A DNA stretch of 64,000 nt. Source: Amphiscolops sp. MND2022 (taxonomy: Eukaryota). Under the pieces are notes generated by a model. That model saw only the letters and a list, made by a program, of their open reading frames with translations. It did no database searches and was not told where the DNA came from. Shown here in pieces: positions 12,525 through 24,725 of this stretch. The stretch covers positions 17,486,001-17,550,000 of the forward strand of contig OZ076409.1 of the NCBI GenBank assembly GCA_964187785.1. The letters run 5' to 3'. The first letter of the stretch is position 1, and each line of letters opens with the position of its first letter. The position numbers were made by a program, and so were the translations under genes.

Positions 12525-14310
12525 CAGGGCCCGGATTTTCATGCGTAAAAAATATGCCAAATATGCGTAAAAACATGCGTAAAAAATCCTAAAATATGCG
12601 TAAAAATATGCGTAAAAATTTATTGGTTTTCATACACAGTATTATACCAATAGACACATAAATGGTGTTTCAAGTTTTCAATGGTAAGTGACATTCTTTG
12701 TGGAGTTTGAATTTGTCCCATTTCTGAGAAAACTCTCTCTATATCGGCAGAAACCAGGGGTGCATATCGGTAAATTGGAGCATCTAGTGGTGGCACATCA
12801 GAACTGACTCTCTCTCCTCTCAGAATTTTTGCAAAATCTTGCAAAATTTTAAAATCAGGATTTCGGGTTAAAACAGCATCGAGTTTCTCTTTATAGTTGT
12901 CGCCTTGTACGTTGACAATAACTTTCTCCAAAATAACAAACTGATCACACAACGACAGTCGTCCCTGTAACTTCGTAATGGCCTCTGGTAAAAAATCGAA
13001 AGATGCAACTAAAAATGCCATTTCTTGCATGAGCGCGTTGTCCATGAGGTCCAAAATTTTCGTGATTTCTGAATTATTGGGTTCTTCACTTCCCAAGTGA
13101 ATCAGAAATTGTTGAAATTCGGCAAAATACTTGGCGTAATAAAACACTGCAATTAGCCACGAAGACCATCTGGTGATAACAGGCACAGGCGGTAAGGGCA
13201 ACCCTGTCAATTCTCGGAATAATCGTTGTCTGCGACTACAATTGCAGAATAATTTTGCCACCTTCGATATGAAAAAATCAGTAGCAGAATTTGTGGATCG
13301 AACATTTTCTGCAAGCCGATTTAAACCGTGGGCTAGACAGGTAATGTGTAGCAGTTTCGGGAATAAGCCTTTTAACAGCTTGCCTGCTTTAAGCATGTAA
13401 CTGGCACCATCTGATACAAATAAACGAAATTTTGAATAGTCCATCTCGTCAAAAATCGAGCAAAGACTCGAATTAACTATTTGGTTTATGGCTACAGCAT
13501 CCGTTTTCTCAGTCTCAGAATCTACCAAAAATCTACCTGCGGGGTCTGTCGCTTCGTCTACCATAATGTAGTAATTTTTCCCAGTAACCGCCTCTTTAAT
13601 TGCTGATATAACTTTATTGAACTGTTTCGGCAAATAATTCTTTCGAAGTGTAGACTCGTCTGGAGCTGCCTGGCCCGACCATGTCTCCAACAGGGATTTT
13701 ACTTTTCGACATTGAAGTTTGTGAAATGGAATAGCTGCTGAGGTAAATGCTTCAGTAATATGATCAAAGAATTTGTTAGAAGTTTCATCCGAAAACTTAA
13801 GCGCATCCTGTCTCTTTGCATTTAATGATAACTGCCTTTTATGCCTGTCGCTATCTATATGCTGGTGTACTCGAAAATTAATGTTCGAAGCTGAATAATC
13901 GAAGCCATTAACACATAACTTGCAAACAATTTTGTTACTCGATTGCTCGTAATTCCAGTTTTGCATACCACCAGGCAATGTCTTCACATAGTCAGAACCG
14001 TGCAATTTGTGTTTTGGCATCTTGGACAAATGCACAGTAAGCAAGATCAAATGGCAATACAATACTGTAAACACTGAGAACGAATAAAGCAGTGCCAGAC
14101 AGACAGGCACCACATAACCGCAATGTTTGCTCACTGAAATCTGTCACACTCACATACACATTCCTGAAAGTAAATTGTCACTGCAGTCCAATTCCTTGTC
14201 AATTTTGGCTAAATATGCGTTAAGTTCATGAAAATATGCGCAAAAATAAATTTAGGCCAAATATGCGTAAAAACATGCGTTATGAACTTCTCATATAAAT
14301 CCGGGCCCTG
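12525..14310 (-). mobile_element. hAT-superfamily DNA transposon (1786 bp)
   Basis: 14-bp perfect TIR CAGGGCCCGGATTT, 8-bp TSD ACGTTGAA (12517-12524, 14311-14318), and subterminal ATATGCGTAAAA repeats at both ends. Confidence 0.95.
12620..14020 (-). CDS. hAT transposase (CGGBP1-like group), 466 aa from first ATG
   Basis: N-terminal C2H2 finger (CKLC...HIDSDRH), MVDE, SDGA, CLAH, TRWSSW and C-terminal SADIERVFS. The frame is open upstream to 14134. Confidence 0.9.
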   Translation of the reverse strand: MPKHKLHGSDYVKTLPGGMQNWNYEQSSNKIVCKLCVNGFDYSASNINFRVHQHIDSDRHKRQLSLNAKRQDALKFSDETSNKFFDHITEAFTSAAIPFHKLQCRKVKSLLETWSGQAAPDESTLRKNYLPKQFNKVISAIKEAVTGKNYYIMVDEATDPAGRFLVDSETEKTDAVAINQIVNSSLCSIFDEMDYSKFRLFVSDGASYMLKAGKLLKGLFPKLLHITCLAHGLNRLAENVRSTNSATDFFISKVAKLFCNCSRRQRLFRELTGLPLPPVPVITRWSSWLIAVFYYAKYFAEFQQFLIHLGSEEPNNSEITKILDLMDNALMQEMAFLVASFDFLPEAITKLQGRLSLCDQFVILEKVIVNVQGDNYKEKLDAVLTRNPDFKILQDFAKILRGERVSSDVPPLDAPIYRYAPLVSADIERVFSEMGQIQTPQRMSLTIENLKHHLCVYWYNTVYENQ

Positions 14311-14351
14311 ACGTTGAACTGCGAGCCTATTTAAAACGGATAGGTCTCTTT

Positions 14352-14503
14352 TAGAATAGGTCTCAAAAGAACCCAAAACCCAAAAAGCTTTGGAAATTGC
14401 TCGTTTCATGAGAAATTTGTCCCATTTTTTTTCAATTGATGAAATTTGTGTCGAACAGAACCTTCTTTGACTTGAACGTTGAACTGCGAGCCTATTTAAA
14501 ACG
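14352..14503 (+). repeat. Tandem duplicate of the hAT target region, in the empty state
   Basis: Equals 12393-12524 plus 14319-14338 with a single ACGTTGAA; one mismatch. Confidence 0.92.
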
Positions 14504-16720
14504 CTAGTTCTGGTGAGAAAACGGATAGAGTCCACAAATTCGATAAGTAGAATTTTTACGAGAACTACAGTGTTTTTTTAAACGATTGAGCAAAAATCCC
14601 GTTCTCATTTTTTGACAACATACGTTCAATTTTGGACAACGTTCAAATGTTTTCTGGTATCAAAACACCATAGGCACAGCTTTGAAACATGTAGCTATCA
14701 GAACGCGATTTAAAAAAGTAATCTCACAAAAACTCCATAAAAATTCTTTGAAAACGAAAAATGGCTTTTTTGATTTCTTGTCAAGTTATGTATAACACCT
14801 AGCTATGTATTACGCTTCCCTAAAAAACTATTGCAGTTTTCAAGACAGAAATATACTTTGTGTTGAAGAATGGCCCGAAAGTATCTACAGTGTGGAAAGC
14901 TTTTGACGTTTCATGCAATTATTTTGTGAAATTCGGAAAATAGTTTGGGACGGAAAATATTCCGCTTGTCAGCGGGCATTTAATTCAATGATGGATTGCC
15001 TGCTAGAATGTGCGATCGACCTTGAACTCTGGGACATTCTTCTTAAGAGTCATTGAAGGATATATATCTTCAAAGTTTTACAATCTTTCAGATATCAAGA
15101 TCCTTGTACATAGAAACAAATCTTCTTTGACCAGGACTGAATAGAAATCAAAATATATCTCTAACAACACTTCCAGAAAATTGTCAAAAGTGTATAGTAG
15201 TACTCCGCTAAAAATTACTAACTTGAAAAGTTTAGGCGCTGGCTTCTCTGAATATTTCACTTGGGCTTTTAATTGACTTGTTGTCAAACTTTATAACCGT
15301 TTAGTGATTTATTCTGTAGTCTTTGCAAATAAGAGAGAGGCTTTCAGGCAACTTCAACAGTCATTGCTGCTTCACCGTTCCAATTACCAATGTATCTAAA
15401 GGGACAATAAAAGTACCATATTTGGTACACTTCTGGCTCATTTAATGCCTCAGACATTAGAAACAGCATTTCCCGTAGAATGTTCTGCTCGGTAATGATG
15501 TGTAGAAATACGAATAGTTGTTACACCAGCAGCATCACGTGTTAGTACCATGCGTGCAGAAATTGCGCATAATCAGCAGTAAAATTTTTCCAAAGGGTCA
15601 TATTGCGGCATTTTTTATGGTAAATAAAAGAGCAAGCGTGAAAACTTGTCCATAAAGGGTATTACTTTGTTGTCAGCGAGGAATCGATATTAGTCACAGC
15701 CTTTTTGTCCGCGGACATATTTCTGGTTGAAAATATAGACTTTGGCAGTAATTCGGGTGAAATTTTTTGTATCAATCGTACTTTCAACACTGGGTTGAAA
15801 CCTTTAGATGGCGCAAAATTTTTCCATACTTTGAGAGGAAACTAAAATACAACCGCGCCACTGGTTTCAAAATGGCACATATAAAACACTAGTAAAGCGA
15901 TTTCCCATATCTGCTGTATGATCTAAAATCTAGAATTCTTTTTGATGCCAATATCAAAGTCAAGTATCGGCCTTTGATTAGCGCAGACGTCCTCTTCTTT
16001 TTTATTTTTTTTTGAAATTTTCTCGGGAGGAGTCTGGAGAGTTAGAAAGTTGACATCAAAAAATATATTTGTAGGTAAATTTCCAAAGGTAACTTCTAGC
16101 ATAGACTGAATGAACATGGATTGGACACTTAGGATATAGAACGCAAGAACTGAAAAAAAACGATGATTAGAATTCAGAAATTGTTCCTGTGTTTACAATT
16201 TTGACAGTATTATTTGGAGCAAATTTCCGACGCATATACAATCTCTCCTCAGAGGTACCGTTTTATATATGTACAGGCTTTATTTTATTTCAGGCAGAGT
16301 TTGAGAACTAAGATGAATTATCAACTAAATTCCGGCAAAACAATTTAGAGTTTCCACAAAACCAATAAGAACAAATTTAGGAAAAAGTGTCAAATTTACA
16401 AAAATTGTCCACAGTATTTGTTGATTAGCCTTTACAATCTCCAGTTATAGCGTGGAATTACAAAGAAAAGAAAACTGTTAATATTTTAAATGTGACCGAA
16501 GTCTATCCACGCAATGACCACAGAACTACACAACGAATCGATGAGCGGTTTGTCATTGAAACGATTAGAAGAGCTCTTAGCTAATTGTTTTATGTCGGAC
16601 AATGGTTCACATGACTACAGAACAGGCTTCTTCGAATTGCAATCAGAAGAATACAGAAACTCAGAAGATACCTGGGAACGGCTACTAGATGTCGAAACAA
16701 AATTAAACTTCCATTGTATC

Positions 16721-17044
16721 TGTTGCTGATGCAAAAGTCTCAACGACCTAAAAGACAATTAGTTAGTTTTGACCTTGACCGAAAATGTAGTACGCCGTAT
16801 CACGTGACTTTGATTACGTAATGCGTACCGTACAGTACTCCCGATTCTAGTACGTTTGACCTTTAGTACTCCGTAAACCAGCTTTTGTTTACCACTCATA
16901 TAAAGTAAAAGTGTTTTGCCGTCATACTCCGTTTGTCACAGGACCTCCATTGTGCAAAACAGTTAACATTACATTTAACCATTGTTCTTTTAATAAAACC
17001 TTCTTGGAAGACAACCGTTTTGACTTCAACCGTGAAGACGAGCA
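16721..17044 (+). repeat. 5' LTR of BEL/Pao element 2, followed by PBS-like TGGTCC at 17051
   Basis: The first ~140 bp match the truncated 3' LTR copies. AATAAA at ~16992. The 3' boundary is inferred from PBS position. Confidence 0.75.
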
Positions 17045-18065
17045 AATTTCTGGTCCCGCGACCCACTGGTGACTGGACTTAGCTGGCAACCCGAACCCGA
17101 TCCGAAGCTGGGCGAAGTGCAGTCAAAGTGAAGTATCCAGGGAATTCCCGCCCGGGGCTCAACCCTTCAATCAGTTGTCCGAAATTCCCTTTATCTTCCG
17201 ACAAAAAAACTGTTAGATCTTTCTGATTATTCCGAAAAACTTTAGCTGTTTCAAAACTCTAAACATTTAGCTCAATCCGCTTAACGAAAAACATTCGAAA
17301 CTTAAACTCCTTTAAATATTTATTTGATTGTAAATTTTCATTCAGTGTTGACGGTACAACACACATCCCGGAAAAAAACCTTCAACTTTGGCAAACGCAA
17401 CACTTGAAACGAGAGTACTGTCGCCCGTCCATGTTCGTCCTCGGTGCTAGCTCCTTCGATTACGCACTGTTTTCTTTGAACAAGCGGACTCAAAAACAAT
17501 TAAAAAAGAGTGTTCTTGCCACACGTGGACTTAGTCTGAATCCTTTCGCCACGAATGCTCGAAAGACAGTTCAGTTTTACTCGAACAACTCCTTGAAATT
17601 TCACCGAAATAAATAACTCCGTGTCAAACCATCCCTCGAATAACAACCGACCTCTTAGCCCTTCCGAACCTGTTGAAAACCTTCTCAATTATCGTCACCA
17701 AATTTTGGCGGTCGTTTATTGTCGACGTCGTGGCATTCAGGACGTCTACCCTGACTTGCAAGCGAGTGGGATTGTTACCATTAGCATCCTTCGCGACATC
17801 ATCTCTAAGCGCAAGGCAAAAGACCTTGAATTGGTGAAAAAATACTTCGCGCTTCATCAAGTACCTTGCTTGGAAATCAAAACCCTCACAATAGTTCGTC
17901 ATTATAGTGCACACTTTTCCGTCCTTGTCAAAAAGAAACTGCGGAAAAAGCTTTCCAAGCGCAGAAACCGAGCCAAGCGAAACACTCGGTTATCTTGTGA
18001 ATTTATTTGAGTCGGATATTGTTGAAACCTGTTTTCAAAGGTACTGACTGGAAGTACTATCCACG

Positions 18066-18512
18066 TACGAAACTTGAGTTTCGATTGTGACCTCGGGTTC
18101 ACTCCCAAGGGGTTATGAGAGAGCCTGAGTTCCGTAATTCTCTAACAGCATAGTTTCCCTAAGATCGACTTTCATTAGTATGTTTCGAAGAATAGTCTTT
18201 TCCTGTTTGCATTGTCCTTCTTGAGCAGTGCGGTGTCCTCGGGTTAACTCCCAGGGGTATAGGACTGCTCAAATGTTATGTTCGCTTCTTTTGAGGAATA
18301 CCCTTCGGCCTTCTCGGTGTCCTCGAGTTTATTCCCTGGGAGTATAGAGGATTTGAACTTTTATCGTAAGTGGTACCGCTCACATTGAATGGTGTGACCT
18401 CTCTTTCGCTGGGTCTTTAGGTAGTCCTAACTGAAGTTATCCCAGGTGAACATACACCATTGAGTAACTTGGTGTCCTCGGGTTAACTCCAGGGAGATAT
18501 AGAGTTGCTTGA
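18066..18512 (+). other. Four repeated stem-loops in the BEL/Pao 2 leader
   Basis: Core GGTGTCCTCGGGTTAACTCCCAGGGGTATA-like at ~18086, 18232, 18316 and 18471, each inside different but self-complementary flanks (e.g. TTGAGCAGT 18221 / ACTGCTCAA 18264). Confidence 0.7.
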
Positions 18513-18559
18513 GGTCCCCTGCCCTGTGTCCCCAGGGTTGAAAGTTGAGTTGCAGAAAT

Positions 18560-21500
18560 ATCAAGGTCACGTCGGAGAAGCATTCAAAAAAAAGGATAGG
18601 GGCGTAAAACTCGAGAAAGTGACTGATTACTGTAAAGAGACAGTATAAAAAGCATTGGCAAAGAACGATGAGATCTTGTTGTTAGCCAATACAGCGAATA
18701 AACCTTAGGCATTTAAAGAACAGCTAGAAAAGAGGTTGCTTGATCTAACTGTGGATGATGACGCAATAGAAATGCCCGTGTTTACATTGAAACATTAGAT
18801 GACGTTGAAGGTACTGAAGTTGCGTCTGTGGGAAAATTGTCTAGCCATATGTCGTCGGAGAGTCCGAGTCACTTGAGTTGGTCATGTAAAACAAAGTCTT
18901 TGTCAGTTTCTTCAAGCTCTCGCAAAAAACAACTTCTGGCAGCAAAGTTGAAGAGAGAAGAAGTAGAGAAACAAAATACAGCACTCCAGTTGTTGGCAGA
19001 GAAAAAAAACAACGCTTTGAGATGGAAGAATTGATCGAGAAAAATCGTCAGAAACTAAATGAAATGGATCTTGAAGACGAAGGGTCCGCTGCAAGTACTA
19101 GTGGAAGTGAACTTGTGGAAGTACTAAGAACTAACAACGATAACGAAGATGAAGAACGAGTTAGGAATGGGGTAAACAATAGTTCAACCGAGAACCAAAA
19201 GCCGTCTTTTTCAGGTTCTATCCCGTTACCGACCGAAGAACTAGCGACCTCGATTTCGAACGAGACCTTCAGTGGTATTCCGAATAGATCTTCAGCTACT
19301 GTACACGTTGAACACCCAACAGCTGGAAACTCTACCACCTTGTTTTCGCCGAATAACAACGCAAATGATAGCACCGATGTTCGGAGTGCATCGGAAACAT
19401 TTGTAGTTGCCGATCATCATGTAGCAGCGCTGAATCATAATGCGCCTCCTTCTGGGTTTCACAATGCAGCCATCTTTTCTGTGAAGTCTTCCGTACCGTC
19501 CATGCCAAATTTGAAGCCGCTATCAGCCCGACCGATTGTGACGTTCAGAGATTCTCTTGAATCACAAATAGCTAACAATGTTGTTTCAACTGAAGTTTCG
19601 ACACACTTAGTTGAGTCCTCGTCTTTAACAGCGCCTGTTGTAACAACTCCGGGTACAACAAATATAAGTGTAACCACGCCATCTGGAACGAATGCAACAA
19701 GTGTTCCTTCTATGTACTCTGGTGGTACTGTTTATTACTACAATCCTGCATCCTTTCCAGCAGCAACTTCTCCGACTGCCTCGCAACAAAAATCACTGTT
19801 TTCAGCCATTCAACTACAGCTCTTGAAGCGACTGACACACCATATCTCGGAACCCTTAGTTTTTGTTCAAGACCTAGCCGAAGCCTTGTTGTTTTCCCGG
19901 AAAATCCGTTACCCGAATGGAAACATTCGCAATACGATGGTGATCCGTTGATGTGGCATGAGTGGTATGGTCATTTCAGAAGCGCTGTTGACATGTGGCC
20001 GCTCAGTGATGATGTAAAATTGACGTATTTGAAAACGTTAGTAACAGGCACAGCTAATGCTGTCATTGCTGATGTGGCCTATTGTGGCGCTATGTACCGA
20101 GACGCACTGAGGTCTCTACAGCCAAAGATTGGACAGCCTCAAACGGTTGTCACCGCACATCTGGATAAACTCAGCAATTTTCCACCATTGAAATTACACA
20201 ACTCGGATAACACAATCAGTTATTCTCTGGCAATCTCGAGTTTAGTCGGTGTATTCAAATCTTTGAACTACGAAGCAGATCTCAGAAGTGCATCGCTTCT
20301 GAACATGGCCATCAGCAAGCTACCTTCGAATATGAAAGAGTCCTGGTCTCTTCACGCAGTTCGACAATTCTCTTCTCAGCTGACTCTTTTGAATTTCAAA
20401 GAATGGCTCAGCGTCAAAGCAGAGGCGCATGAACGGATGCAATCCACCGCTCCAAAGTCAAAAGCAGTTGAATCCAAAACAAAAGCGAAAGTCTTTGTAT
20501 CCACAGCGGAACCGAAAAAGGCATCGAGTCCTTGCCTAGTGTGCAAAGGCAACCATGCCATATGGAAATGCGCAGTTTTCAAACAGAAAACGCCTACTCA
20601 AAGGGCTCATGTAGTTGAGAGTAATCAACTTTGTTTTTCCTGTTTGAATGGGAATCACGGTTTCCGAAAGTGTCCCAAGACACGCAAATGTGCTCACAAG
20701 GATTGTAACAGCAGTCATAACACTCTGCTCCATGGAGCGGAGCGGGATTTTCCGCGCAAAACGTCAACAACTACCACTTCATCCAGGAATACGAAAGGGG
20801 CGAATCAAGACGGACAGACTTCTCCATCAACTTGCTCCGCATCTGTTGCAGATTTGAAGGGTCTTTTACTAATTGCACCAGTCGTAATCCAGGTTAGACA
20901 TAAAAGAAAAAGAGCGCTATCGCTGTGTGATACAGCCTGTAGTCACTCGTGGGTCGACAAGAGTCTAGCTGAAAGTCTCTCTCAATGGAGCGCCTGTCAA
21001 GATAATTCTTAACGGCATCAACTCCAGCGAGATAGTTGACACAGAACAAGTTGCCATTCAGATTACTTCTGATAGTTGCCCTGATTTCTCCATTGACATT
21101 TCACCTTAGGTCAAGAACAACTTAAGTGTTGGTTCTGATCGAATTGACATAGAGACTTTGAAGCGAAAGTTTCCTCACTTGGAACCAATTAAACCTATGA
21201 TCTACAGCTATTCTGACGTACAAATCATCTTAGGGCAAGACGTTTTCCGAGCTATTCGACAATTGAATACTTCGAAAGTGAAGATCGCAATGCACCGGTC
21301 GCAGTTCTGCTCCCAATTGGATGGGTTCTCAGTGGACCAGTTCCATCCACATCAGCATTGGTGTCAACTTGCTTTAGAGCGAACACAGAAGATTCTCTTT
21401 TGGCAGACCAAGTGCGATCATGGTACGAAACTGAATCCTTCGGAACCTACATTGAAGCCGACACGCGCTCGAAAGCGGATCAGCGAGCTGTTAGCATCCT

Positions 21501-24500
21501 TGAGTCAACAACAAAGCACGATGGTACAAGGTACGTAGTCGGCATGCTGTGGACGGATGGCAGCGGTAAATTGCCTGACAATTATTACTCAAGTCTGATA
21601 CCGTTCAAGTGGATCGAACAGCGTCTCTCAAAAAATTTGTCGCTCAAGGAACAATACTCGAAATTGGTAAGGGATGATCTCGAGAAAGTTTTTATCATTG
21701 AAGTTGAAAAACATGGTCCATACTGTCGAACACCAAGAGTGTGGTACGTACCGCATCAACCGGTGGTAAACCCTCATAAACCGGGCAGTGTGCGTCGAGT
21801 CTCGAATACAGCTTCCAAGTTCCACGGTCATTCATTGAACAATGCCTTGCTTATCGGACATGATCTTCTTCAGAACGTTTTGTTGCGCTTCAGACAATAC
21901 ATTTTTGCTCTTTCAGCAGACTAGAAGGAGTGTATTCTTCAAGTTGGTGTACCCAAGGAGGACCAACGATCTCTGCGGTTTTGTGGAGGGTGTTAGTTTT
22001 TCAGTACACACGGCATGTTTTCGGAGCGAAAGATTCGCCGACATGTACGAAATTCGCATTGTTGAAGACAGCGGTCGATAACGAAACTGAATATCCAGAG
22101 GCTGCCCTCGCTGTTCAGCAAAACTTTTATTTGGACGACCTCCTAATTTCTGTACAGTCGGAAAGTGAAGCCTTTAAATTGAGCATTCAATTGTTACCAT
22201 GTTGAAGCTGGGTGGCTTCATTTTAACTAAATTTGTGAGTAACATTCACGAGTTCGCTAACGAATTGAACTCAACGAACAATGACGCAGTCGAACCAGTG
22301 AAAAACATTTCTAACGAGTCAAGCGACGCTTCCCATGATCTTGGGCTCAAGTGGGAATACAAACATGATATACTCAAAGTTAGCCGCGGAATCACTAGTA
22401 GAGAATGTACGAAACCAATCACTCAGCGCATTGTGTTGAGCGTAGTCTCAGCGGTCTTTGACGCTATTGGCCTCATCATACCCTACACGATGAAAACTCG
22501 TCTCTTGCTGAAGGAAATATGAAGGCTGAACGGTCAACGCTGGGATGATCATCTGCCCGATGATATTAGTCACCGCTTTTTGGAATGGTGTAGCGAATTG
22601 CCAAAGCTTGAGCAGTTTTCAATCCAGAGGTCCCAGGCACACCAGAGGATATTGAACTACATGTCTTTGGTGACAGCTCAACAGAAGTTTTTTGCGCCGT
22701 TGCTGTAAGTTAGCAGGTGCAACACACACGACTGTGAGTTTTGTCTTCGCTAAAGCTCGCGTTGCGCCAATGAAAACGCTTTCTGTACCAAAACTTGAAC
22801 TGCAGGCAGCGCCACTCGCTGCAAGACTTAGTTACCAAAATAAGCAAGCGCTCACACTTAATATCACACGAACCTTTTTATGGACCGACCATCGTGGTCC
22901 AGTGGCTCAACTTTTCCAAGAAACAGCCGACTTTCGTCGCAAATAGTGTTGCAGAGATTTTAGAGAACAGCACAGTTGATCAGTGGTTCCATTTGGACAC
23001 TGATAACAACCCAGCTGACGCGGGCACTCGAGGACTGACAATTGATGCATTGACGGGAAGCAATTGGCTCCTGGGTTCCGAGTTCCTCGGAACTTTGGAA
23101 TGGCCTTTCACCCCGATCATCGATATTCTCTTACAGATCAAGCAAAGCACTGATAAGACCGATGAACATCAGCTCCCGATCGTCGCGAACGTCTTCTCTG
23201 GAAACAAGGAATCGAATGTGATCTTCAATTGGGAGAGGTACAGTTCTTTCTCGAAACTTGTTCGAATAACCGTGTACATTCTGAGATTGCACGTCAATCA
23301 CAGACACAACCGCACCGATGCGATTGAGGACCCATTTGAATTAGAGAAAGCGGAACTGAAATTTTTCATCGTTCCCCAGCGGGAAACTTTCTCAAATTAG
23401 TTTGACGCGCTTCAGAAGCAGCAGAACATCTCTAAGTCGAGCCGCATTGTTTCACTATCGCCATTCGTTGTTCCAAAGGGCTTGTTGCGTTGTACAGGAC
23501 GTACGAGGCGTTTGCATGTGTCCGACTTTGACGCAAAACATCCTTTCATTTTGGACGGCCGTCAACCCTTAGTGAAGCATTTGTTCATCACCTGCACGCG
23601 ATCTATTGTCATCAAGGTTCCGACTATATCGGAGCTCAGCTGCAGCAGCGCTTTTTCATTTTGCGAAGTCGTTCACTTTTTCGATCTGTGAAGTCGGATT
23701 GTTTCGTATGCCGCAAACGTAAAGCAGAAACATTGGCTCCTATGATGGCGGATTTGCCCATTGGACGTTTGGGTTACCGACTGCGACCATTTTCTAATTG
23801 CGGAGTGGACTATTTCGGCCCGTTCCACGTCGCAGTCCGCCGGTGAACAGAGAAGGGCTGGTGCTTCTTATTTACTTGTTTAACCACTCGGTCCATACAC
23901 ATTGAACTAGTACCATCGTTAGACGTAAGCTCATGTGTCATGGATATCGAGCGATTCATCTCATGACGCGGACAACCGTCGGTTATCTGCTCCGACAACG
24001 GCACCAAATTCGTTGGCGCAGACAAAGAGTTTCTCCTTTGCGTCGAGAACTGGAATAAAAAAGTACCCCCCTTACTTCCTCACAGGAAGATTAAATGGAA
24101 CTTTAATCCTGCTGGTACTCCCCTTCACGGGGGAGCATGGGAGCGAATGGTGCGTAGTTGCAAACAGGTTCTCTATGTAATACTCGGCAGTCGCAGGTTG
24201 ACTGACGAAGTTCTCCAAACGTTCATTTGCCTCACCGAACAACTCCTAAATGCGCGACCCTTAACATCAGTAAGCAACGATCCGACTAAAATCGAAGCCC
24301 TTACACCGAATCACTTCTTGTTGGGTGGACCTTGTTCTTCTTTCCCATCCTTAGATTCGTGTGACATAAATCATCGCAAGCGGTACGCACGCGCACAAGC
24401 GTACGCTGATTCAATTTGGTCTCGTTGGCTCCGCGAATATACTCCGAGCCTGAATAAGCGTTCGAAATGGTACTCGCCTTACGATAGAGAACTGAAAGTA

Positions 24501-24725
24501 AACAATCTTGTATGGATTGTTGATGCGCAGAACCCTCGTGGCTACTATCCTCTTGGAAGGATCTTGTCTTTAAAATATGGCATCGACGGCATCGCTCGTT
24601 CAGCGGACGTCCGAACCAAATTGGGCACCTACAATCGTCCTGTTGTTAAGCTAGTTCCAGTAATTGATCCAACAACTCTTCCGCGCCCGGAGGATGTTAC
24701 TGATGCAAAAGTCTCAACGATCTAA
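18560..24725 (+). pseudogene. BEL/Pao gag-pol with many frameshifts and stops
   Basis: Gag with Pao-type Cys/His knuckles (CLVCKGNHAIWKC, CFSCLNGNHGFRKC, CNSSHNTLLH), protease LCDTAC, RT NFYLDD, RNase H KARVAP, integrase CFVCR/VDYFGP/SDNG/GGAWE, ending RPVVKLVP. Confidence 0.92.

Noticed and set aside
14600..16700. Possible decayed coding sequence on the minus strand
   Set aside because: No recognisable motif; fragments are too short.
18086..18500. CRISPR-like repeat/spacer appearance
   Set aside because: Repeats are degenerate, spacing is irregular (84-155 bp), there are no cas genes, and the context is a eukaryotic retroelement.
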